A DNA stretch of 64,000 nucleotides, taken from positions 186,001 through 250,000 of the forward strand of contig QPMI01000452.1 of NCBI GenBank assembly GCA_004431415.1, written 5' to 3'. The DNA is from Cyanophora paradoxa CCMP329 (taxonomy: Eukaryota; Plantae; Glaucophyta). A program made the position numbers and the translations under genes. The notes beneath the pieces are model-generated. The model searched no databases. It was given only the letters and a program-made list of their open reading frames with translations, and was not told the DNA's origin. Position 1 is the first letter of the stretch; every line of letters starts with the position of its first letter. Shown one piece after another: positions 42,601 through 51,016 of the stretch.

Positions 42601-44073
42601 GATGCTGTTTGAGGCGTGGCGAGATCGTCAAGCCGTTGCATCTCCTACAACCGTGCATCAAATTTTGACCCAGCCTATTTTTCTTAATCCTTTATATGTT
42701 CTTCCTAGTGACATTGCAGCACAGACACATACTGAGTTTGCGAGAGCCGGTGTACAGCGCGTCGCTGACATTTGGGATGTACAGTTGCACCGATTTCGTG
42801 CTCCCCTGCAATGCTAGTTGATTATACTGCTGCCTTTGATCAAATTTGTCGTGCCCTGCCATCCAGTTGGCTTACAACGCTTACTGCTAATGCCGTACCG
42901 GAACGTTTCTTATGGTATAAATCGAAAGATGATAAATATGTGTATCTGAGGGGTCCCTCGGGCTTTTTTGTGGCCTTCCCTCTTTTTGAAGGTGAGATTG
43001 TCCCACGGGTGTTGGATTTCGTCCCGTGGCCCCGTGGCCGCCCTCCAGATCCGCTCTTGTACCCTGGCGTACCAGCTGGCCTCTTGCCGCTTCATGTGCT
43101 CTCCTCCCAGTATTTTATTTCTTTGCGCAGAGGTTCGCGTCCAATTCTGGTTTCGCTTGGCACGGGTTCGACAGCTACGCTTTCCTACAGCAATTTTGCT
43201 TTCACATTCGATAAGATGCTCACGCTTCAGGGCTTTTCTGTTCGGCGCTTTTACCAGCTCGAGGTACAGCGACTGTGGCGGGTGCGGAGTAGGGCTAAGA
43301 TGCCTTCAGAACACTGGGGTCTGGATCTCCCTCTTAATCGCGTGTCTCAGCTCGTCGCCCTTCGTGCCTTTCCTATGCTGTGGCTCGATGTCCTCTTCCG
43401 TCTCCGATATAAGGCTTTCCCATCTTTACAACGGCCGCCGGTCGCGGCTATTTTCTGCCGCGCTTGTAATGATGGGCAGCATCGTTCAGTGCGGCACGTT
43501 TTCTTTGATTGCCCTGTGGTGCAGGGTTTTTGGCGGGCCATGCATGCTGAGCTCACATCCTTAGCAGAGGCTTTGCCCGAGGACGTGCAGCCCTCTTTAC
43601 CATTGCCTCCTATTACGTTCTCCGCTATTCTAGATCCACAAGTTCCCGGTGTTGCGGGGACATTGATCACATCTTCTGTGGATGCCGATTTCTGTGTTCG
43701 GTATCTCGGTTATATTTTGGCGGGCATTTACGCAATTTTTCAGCTGTCCCGTGCATATCTCTCACCCGATAATTTACTTGCTGAGCGGGTACCAGTGTAC
43801 TCCGTTAATGCTCTGCTAAACCTGTGGAAACGTTTTCTGGATATTCTCGAGATTACGTTGCCTCCTGCTGTCGAGCGCATTGAGCTTCTTCGTTTACGGC
43901 ATTTAGGGGAGGGCTCTGATTACGATGGTTCAAACCCTGAGTCACGTGACCGCCCTAGCCCCCTCAATCTATTTTTGATGCGAGCTTCTTTTCTGTGCGC
44001 GGAGCTATCCCTCTACAGCGCTCGGGCCCCCCAGCAGTCGCGGTCCCGGGCCCCCTGCAGTCGCTACCCCTAG
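39663..44073 (+). CDS. LINE ORF2: APE endonuclease + reverse transcriptase + CCHC finger (about 4 frameshifts)
   Basis: SLNVAG, CLQETH, NIYAP, LCGDFN, SRLDYFF, SDH; KSPGLDG..EFY, RPISLSN, LDFSKAYDRV, GVRQGGPLSP, QFADD; CRAC..HVFFDC. Confidence 0.93.
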
Positions 44074-44101
44074 GCCTGCTGCTACAGTTAATGGCGTCGG
44101 C

Positions 44102-45613
44102 GTGAATCCTCAAGTTCAGCACATTGCGAGGCCATCTGCTAGCGCTGATACAGCTTCGGTCCCGGCTCCCTCGAGTTCTCGTTTGAGCTCGTCTGCCGAT
44201 GCTAGCGCTAGCGCCGCTTCTGCCTCCACATTAATATGCCCTATTTGTGGGAAGAACTTTCAGTCTTCTGCTGATCGTGACCGTCATGTTCGGGCTGATA
44301 AACATCCTGCTAACGCCCGTGGCGTTCGCCGACCTCGAACCCCCTCTAGTTCAGAGAATCCTCCAGATCCTGTGCCTCCTGCCCAGCGCCCCCGCCTCCA
44401 GTCTCCGGATCCGGCACCCCAGTGCTTGCTCCAGCTCCTGCAGCTGCGGCTACATATGCCGAGCCCCGTCAGCCTGTTCCGACTTTGCGACGGATTCGCT
44501 CCCCTGCACCCTCACCGTCGCCACCTGCTCAGCGGCTCCGTACTTCCCTGCCCCCCCTAGTCCTTCTCTGATACCTTCCGTTTCACGAATCCGCCGCCCC
44601 CGGTCTCCGTCGAATTCAACCTTGCCTCCCGATGCCGATCCGTCCCTGTCCATGTGTCTCGGCGCCTGCGGCTTTCCTCTCCTGTACCTTCGGCTTCCCT
44701 CTGGCTGTCCCGCCAGATCCACCTCGCCCGCCGGTTCCTGCATGGCCCCTTTGATTCATGATAGTCTTGTATCAATCTTCGCTTCACCTCAACTTAGTTT
44801 ACCCTCAGTTGTTTTGCCGTCACCTCCATCAGATGCTTCATCGATGTTAGTTAGGAGCACTGGCCCCTCCACCTTCCAGTTCCTCGTGTATTCCATGCCT
44901 TCCCTGTACCTTTGATTCCGTTCCCTTTGTCGTTAGCTCTGCCTCTTCCTCCTCCATCTCTCACTGTTAGCCCTCAGGCAGTTCCGCCTCTTTATCTTCA
45001 GCGACCGTCAGACCGTATAGTTTTTGGCAGCGAGTATTTTGTGTATGGTGACGTTCCTCGTGTGTACCCTTCTCTCTCTTCTACTTCGCTATATTTGCCT
45101 CTCCCGCCTGGTTCAGCCCCATCGTCTGCCTTCCCTGTCACTACTGGCTTGCGTTTCGCCCCTCCTCTTATACTGCCGATTCCGAGTCTGCACCCGAGCT
45201 CTGCCCCTTTCCTCGTGTCGTCCCCAGTTCCTCAGATTAGTCTTCAGCCGTCCATTGTTTTACCAACTCTACAATCTCGATTCCGTTTAGACACTCCGCC
45301 AGCTTCGACTTTCCCCTCTAGTGGTGTCCTACGTTTCGCCTCTCCTACTGTTCTACCGCCTTTGCCTCCTGCGACTACGTCTTCTAGTTCTGCTGTTAGC
45401 TCTGTCTTGTCGTCTTCGTCTAGATCTTCGTCTTCGACTGTAGTTCCTCGTGCTCGTTCTCCTTATTTGCTGCGTCCCCGTGCTCCTCGTCGTTCTAGTG
45501 TGACTAGTACTTCTGCATCGACGCCCTTGAGCTCTTCTACTCCTTCTCTTCGTGCTCGTTCTCCTTATCTTTTGCGTTCTTCTGATCGTGTCCCTTCTCG
45601 TGATCCCTCTTGA
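44102..45613 (+). CDS. LINE ORF3 or ORF2 C-terminal extension: C2H2 zinc finger plus Pro/Ser-rich region
   Basis: CPICGKNFQSSADRDRHVRADKH, then Pro/Ser-rich frames with RARSPYLLR twice; stop lies about 100 nt before the poly(A). Confidence 0.55.
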
Positions 45614-47170
45614 TTCTGTATATATTTTGTGCTAGTTTACTGTATCTTTGATTTGTGATTGCTTTGTTGTCTTTAATATCACTACCTACGGGGGGTTCGC
45701 CCCACCGTAGTCTCTCAAAAAAAAAAAAATTCCGGTTTTGGGCGAATTCGGCAATTTCACTCCACGGCAATTTGAGCCGTCCTACAGTATGATATACGCG
45801 CGCGGCGCGCGCGCGAGAGATCTCAGTATATATACACAGTATGATACGCGCGCGCGCGATCATCGGATCGCGATCGCGAGCTCGATCGAGTCGCCGGCGC
45901 CGCGACTCGGGGTCCACTGTCCAGGGAGTCGGGGAGTCCAGAATCACTCCGATCACGAGTCCAATGCCGCGGCGTCGCCAAGTCGACCGTCGGACGTCGA
46001 CGTGGGCGCAGTACTGTATACGCAGTACTATGACTCAGTGATAGTATGCGTACCGCGCCGCGCGCCATCGCCGAGAGTCGTACGTATACACGAGATCGCC
46101 GCGGTGCGATCGGTGAAGCTCGAAATGCATATACATCGATCGAGCGACTTGTTGACTCTGTGAGCGGCGCATGCTATACCAGTATACGTATGCGTACGCT
46201 ATACGGTAGCTAGCTATAGCTGAGGTATAGCTAAGCATAATTCAAACCGCAGCAATAGTCGGTCGCGAGCTGTGAGTCTTACTCAGTGACTTGCGACTTC
46301 GAATACCGCATGCGCAGTGCCGGTATAGCTACCGGTATAGCTTGCCTGCAACTTTGGCAAGTTAGGCTAACTTGGCAACTGTCGTTGAGTCGGAGATCGA
46401 GAGGCGATCAGCAACATCGATATTAATTCGGAGTCCCTAGTAGATCTAGACTCTCTACAGCCCCCGATCGCGTGAGCCCACGTACAAGATCGCATACACG
46501 CGTAAGGTATACGTATACGTATACGGTGCGTTGGATTCGAAGTTCATGATTCCCGAAGCTTAAGGCGCGTGCGCGTGCACATATATATATACATGTGGAT
46601 GTACATGCATATGCATACATGCATATGCATATGCATATGTACATGTCGACGTCGATGTGGATGTACATGATATCGATAAGCTTAATTATAATCCGTAGCA
46701 GCTGCAGCTGCAGCCTGCAGGCCGTTAAATTATAACAGTACTAGTGTGATCGCGAGCCCGCGATCGCGATCGAGAACTTGCACGATATGTAGAGAGTGTT
46801 CGTGTACGGTACATGCTCCATGTTTAACTAACATCGATATGTAGGCCACGAAATGGCCAGCTCGAGTTCAAAACCTGGGACACCGAGGCTGGTCCACATT
46901 CAGTCGCATCAGCTCCACCAGCCGATCGCGATCCCAGTCGATCTCAACTCGGCCTCCAGATCTTTGATTTCAGATCCGTCGTCTGTGCATATGGCCCCAG
47001 TCAACGTTGCAGAGGACTCCCGGCCGCTGGAATTTGAAGCGGCTGCAGGCCCAGGTCCGAATTCTCTGCAGGCGTATCGATTGTGATCCAGATTGAAGTT
47101 CCAATAATGTTGCGCAGCAGAACCAGATCCAGCCCCGATCGCGATCTATGAACAGAAACGTGCGCAAGCG

Positions 47171-47243
47171 ACACATATGAATATTCATATTTTAATCCCT
47201 CGGCGTTCCGCCTCAGGATTAAAATATGAATATTCATATGTGT
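47171..47243. repeat. perfect 28-bp inverted repeat with nested 16-bp palindromes at the host/virus boundary
   Basis: ACACATATGAATATTCATATTTTAATCC (47171-47198) / GGATTAAAATATGAATATTCATATGTGT (47216-47243). Confidence 0.9.
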
Positions 47244-47246
47244 GAT

Positions 47247-47960
47247 TCGATGTTATATCAATAAAATCGATTAATTTATTTGAATTTTCACATGAATTTT
47301 CATATTTTTATATGCATTTTCAATTAATTTAATCGATGTTATATCGATAAACTCGATTAATCGATATTGTATCTTAATTGTAGTTAATCGGAATTATATG
47401 AATAACTTCGATTGATCTTAATTGAAATCCTAAATGAATCTAATCGGAATTATATCAATAAATTCGATTAAATCATGTTCTTTTCCGATTAAATTATTTA
47501 AATATTTAACTTTGTTACCATAAGTGGTCTAAGTTGACTCACTTTTCATAAACATTTTGAACTCTTAGTCTCCTTGAATTTCTTAAGATGACTCAACTTA
47601 GTCAACTTAGTCAACTTTGTTACCATAATCAATCAGGGTGGACTCACTTTTAGATCAACTTTGAAATTTCAAGCAAAATCAACTTATATTTCAAAAGTGG
47701 ATCTTCTAAGTGGACTCAATATGTTCACTTTGTGATACATGTTAGCTCAAATCCTTACTGTTTATGGTCAGGGTTGACTAAGTGGGGGGAGTTGACACAT
47801 TTTTTGAAATCCTTTTTAGAAAAGTTTAGGTCCCAAATATTTCCTGTGAAATTTGAGTCAACTCAACCCACTTAGTCAACCCTCCCATTGAATTCGTAAC
47901 AAAATCCATATACTTTTACTACTTTTACGATTAATATGAGTCAACCTTGAGTCCACTTAA
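47247..47960. repeat. AT-rich non-coding terminal region with direct repeats and GT(T/G)GACT(C/A)A motifs in both orientations
   Basis: Four related TCG..TTATAT(C/G)(A/G)ATAA..TCGATT units at 47247-47470; about 10 GTTGACT/GTGGACT motifs; ~32-bp inverted repeat 47771-47802 vs 47850-47882. Confidence 0.7.
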
Positions 47961-48234
47961 ATATAAATATAATATAATAGGGGGAATCTAGGGGAGATGC
48001 TGAGTTTTATTGTAAGGAAATCGAATAGTATTCGAAATACTTTACATTGCTTAATGTAGGGTGCATTCATATTTCGGCTACATCATACAGTAGAATTCTA
48101 TTGTAACAAAAGCTACTGTAGAAAGAAAATCATTGTAGAAAGCTATTGTAGGAAAGGATATATTATATCCTTTTTTAACGATTGCCATTGTAATAAAAAA
48201 GGTAAATCACCCTGATCATCATTATAGAAACCCA

Positions 48235-48633
48235 TCAAAACGGGAATCTATCATGTTTATGTCTCTCAGTCTTCTCAAATGTAAGGAAATTCATTGTTTT
48301 ATCGATCTCATCTGCAACTGCTTGTGTTTTATGCTGAGCTTCTTTACCACAACTGAATATATCAATTGCTAACATGCCTTCATTGGAATAACAATGAGCT
48401 GTACAATGGCTTTCATCTAATAGCAGAACCAATGCAAAACCAGGAGGTGATAGTTTTCCATCAAATATCTCACAATGTTTATGAACAATCCTAATGCCTT
48501 GTCTTAATACTGCTTGTTCTAGGGTTCTCATAATCCAATTTCCAAGAAAGCTCACATGCTCATAACCTGTTGCAATAGCTGTTTTAGCCTTGTAATCAAG
48601 CATAACATGGAAGCCCCTGTATTGAGTCTCCAT
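48235..48633 (-). CDS. speD: prokaryotic-type pyruvoyl-dependent S-adenosylmethionine decarboxylase proenzyme (SpeD/SpeH family)
   Basis: GFHVMLD, PPGFALVLLLDESHCTAHCY, AIDIFSCG; E-S-H self-cleavage motif; 132 aa. Confidence 0.88.
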   Translation of the reverse strand: METQYRGFHVMLDYKAKTAIATGYEHVSFLGNWIMRTLEQAVLRQGIRIVHKHCEIFDGKLSPPGFALVLLLDESHCTAHCYSNEGMLAIDIFSCGKEAQHKTQAVADEIDKTMNFLTFEKTERHKHDRFPF

Positions 48634-48662
48634 TAAGAATACCTTAGAAAAATTAATTAAAC

Positions 48663-48935
48663 CTAATCGAACCTAATGCAAACATCCCTATATTCCACTG
48701 TGATTGATGAAGTAGTCCTTTTTCTATAAGCCTGAGAATGCTTCTTGTTGCATTCTCTGCAACCTGATCCCTTCACATGATTAAAGGGATAGGTAAGGAT
48801 CACCTTGTTACACTGCAAACATCTAACAGATACTTTCTCTTGAGCTTTGATGTAATGTGTCTCACTGTAATCGAATTTATCTTTACCATGAACTGTCATA
48901 GCAGCATCAATAAACTTTTTTGTTTTACTATCCAT
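48663..48935 (-). CDS. single Zn-ribbon module (VHG.KFDYS...CxxC...H...GCxxC), related to the 61880 nuclease
   Basis: Same repeat unit as the N-terminal part of ORF 61880-62812, without a nuclease domain. Confidence 0.7.
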   Translation of the reverse strand: MDSKTKKFIDAAMTVHGKDKFDYSETHYIKAQEKVSVRCLQCNKVILTYPFNHVKGSGCRECNKKHSQAYRKRTTSSITVEYRDVCIRFD

Positions 48936-48957
48936 ACTCTATATATAACCAATATTC

Positions 48958-49791
48958 TTATGGAGCAGTATCCTGTCCGAAAATGGGGAAATATCTATTT
49001 GTCCCATAGTACTCAGCATAGGTATTCTGCTTTGCAATAAAATCGGTTCTCTCAGCATATAATACACACTTGTATATACCAAACTTGGTGGCTCTTACCA
49101 GAAACTGATAGTCTTCCAAACCAAAATTGACTCCATGATAAGCAATCCCGAAATTATCATATGGGGTGATCACAACTGCAAAATTAGGAGTTCCACCCTC
49201 CACTTGACATACAGCATATACATCTGGTGGAATATCCACAACAACCTTGTAGTGGTCCCCAATCTCAACAAGAGAATCTACTACTGCTGTTTGTTCATTT
49301 ACAACAATTGGGAATATTTTGATTATATAGGGCGCATTCATGCTGGGGACATAGGTTCGAATTCTGGTGTTGGGATCAATGGGATTGGGTTGATCATTCA
49401 CAAATAAAGGCGCTCCAACAGCCCCACCAACCCGAAGACCATCACCAATATAAGCTCCCCCCGATTTGCAGTTAATAGCTCCCGACCTAGATTCAAAAGA
49501 ATAAGTAGACAGAGGATCTCCATAGCTATCTGGGTCTCCATAATGAGCAGAAAAGTTTGCATTGGTAACAAGTAGCTTAGTTGTCTTAACTATTCCATTA
49601 TTTTTATCACATCTGAGTTCCTGTAATCTCAGCTTGTGGGTGGAACCAAAGGTGTTCATTGTAGGTTGGACCTCTGTGGATTGGAGACCCTCTACATCAT
49701 CAAAGGTAGCATGCTGTAGAACATGGTTTGCTGGGGCAGCTAATGATAGCTGTGGTGTAATAATTCGTTCAAGTGGGGGTTGCTCAGCCAT
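48958..49791 (-). CDS. putative virion fibre/spike protein, paralogue A
   Basis: Shares ELR.DKN.G.VKTT.LLVTNANF and SGGA.IG.G.RV.G with the adjacent ORF. The structural role is inferred from context. Confidence 0.5.
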   Translation of the reverse strand: MAEQPPLERIITPQLSLAAPANHVLQHATFDDVEGLQSTEVQPTMNTFGSTHKLRLQELRCDKNNGIVKTTKLLVTNANFSAHYGDPDSYGDPLSTYSFESRSGAINCKSGGAYIGDGLRVGGAVGAPLFVNDQPNPIDPNTRIRTYVPSMNAPYIIKIFPIVVNEQTAVVDSLVEIGDHYKVVVDIPPDVYAVCQVEGGTPNFAVVITPYDNFGIAYHGVNFGLEDYQFLVRATKFGIYKCVLYAERTDFIAKQNTYAEYYGTNRYFPIFGQDTAP

Positions 49792-49814
49792 TTTACATTA
49801 AAGGGATATATCTT

Positions 49815-50669
49815 TTATGGGGTTGGGTCATCAATTACATCTAATTCTTGGTAAAATCCTGTTGTGAATATATCAGCAACATTTACCCCACGGAGTGCTG
49901 AAACAGCTGCTATATCTGTTCTCAGTCCCATAATCATAGTATTGTAAACTCCAACCTCAGTGACATACAAATCATAAGTAAATGTCAGATTGTTATAAAC
50001 ACAATATCCCCGACCAAAATGGTTGGATGCTTGAACAAAGAATAGGTAATTGTGACCTTGTTGGTTATTATTTGCTCTACACATTGAGAGCATTGCTGTG
50101 GGAAGAGGAATATTCCTTCTCACTCGATCAGTTCCTGTAATAGAAACCAATTCTGAATTTTCAAGAGTGACAGATGATGCAACATAGAAATGCAGAAAAG
50201 GTTGCTGTGCAACTGGTGTATAGAACCGAATTCTTTGTGGGTTCTCAGCATTTTGTTCAAGAGTATCTGGGACATCATTGTAGGAAACAGAGGATGAAAG
50301 CTGACCTGAAACTCTGCAACCACCACCAATAAAAGCTCCTCCTGATCTCACAGTTACAGCAGCAGAATTCTTATCGAAATCCAGGGCTTTCAGATCAACA
50401 CTGTAAGCATCAGGACCTCCATTGGTAGGTTGGAAGAAGTTTGCATTAGTCACAAGAAGTCGAGTTGTTTTCACCACACCAGAATTCTTATCAGCTCTCA
50501 GCTCTTTAACTCGAATAATCGAATTTTTATCAAAGGAGTTACCATTGGAATTGGGTCTCTCTGTGGATTCTAAACCACGAACCTCATCATTTACTTCATG
50601 CTGGCGAAAATGCATTGCAGGGGATCCAAGGGAATATATAGGCAGTTGAACTCGATTATATTCACCCAT
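49815..50669 (-). CDS. putative virion fibre/spike protein, paralogue B
   Basis: Paralogue of 48958-49791; probable ATG at 50669 (MGEYNR), downstream of a TAGTAAAAG motif. Confidence 0.5.
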   Translation of the reverse strand: MGEYNRVQLPIYSLGSPAMHFRQHEVNDEVRGLESTERPNSNGNSFDKNSIIRVKELRADKNSGVVKTTRLLVTNANFFQPTNGGPDAYSVDLKALDFDKNSAAVTVRSGGAFIGGGCRVSGQLSSSVSYNDVPDTLEQNAENPQRIRFYTPVAQQPFLHFYVASSVTLENSELVSITGTDRVRRNIPLPTAMLSMCRANNNQQGHNYLFFVQASNHFGRGYCVYNNLTFTYDLYVTEVGVYNTMIMGLRTDIAAVSALRGVNVADIFTTGFYQELDVIDDPTP

Positions 50670-50707
50670 TGCTTCTTTTACTAAGAAGGAAAGAAAAATA
50701 AACTCCA

Positions 50708-51013
50708 TCAAGCCAAAGAGATTAAATTCGATCCAAGGGATTGGTAAACAGTTGAAAGAACTTGTAGGTTGGATGTCATTGCTTTAATGTTGTTATCACA
50801 CTCATTGTATTTGGCAACAGGGTCACCATATGCAGCTTGAGCAAGGACATTAACCAATAGAGACTTATACTCATTAACAACTGGTGAGAGCTTGTTGGTT
50901 TGCTGAATCGTTTTTTCAACTGTTTGCAGTGCGTTTACAAGCTTGATTGTATCAAAAGCAAGAGCAACAGGCTCAGTAGAATAGGAGGTTCCACCAAGTG
51001 GATAGGTCGCCAT
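50708..51013 (-). CDS. viral hypothetical protein (101 aa)
   Basis: ATG-initiated ORF packed tightly between viral genes. Confidence 0.6.
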   Translation of the reverse strand: MATYPLGGTSYSTEPVALAFDTIKLVNALQTVEKTIQQTNKLSPVVNEYKSLLVNVLAQAAYGDPVAKYNECDNNIKAMTSNLQVLSTVYQSLGSNLISLA

Positions 51014-51016
51014 TTA

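Larger units (their letters stand above)
37931..45729 (+). mobile_element. apparently full-length L1/Tx1-clade non-LTR retrotransposon (~7.8 kb)
   Basis: Intronless ORF1, APE-RT-CCHC ORF2, an extra 3' coding region, a 3' stem-loop and an A13 tail (45717-45729). The 5' boundary is approximate and no clear TSD was found. Confidence 0.9.
37736..45787. mobile_element. non-autonomous TIR element (~250 bp of its own sequence) split by a LINE insertion
   Basis: TA|CTGTAGGACGGCT at 37736 and AGCCGTCCTACAG|TA ending at 45787; sub-terminal AAATTGCCG/CGGCAATTT repeats on both sides of the LINE. Confidence 0.75.
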
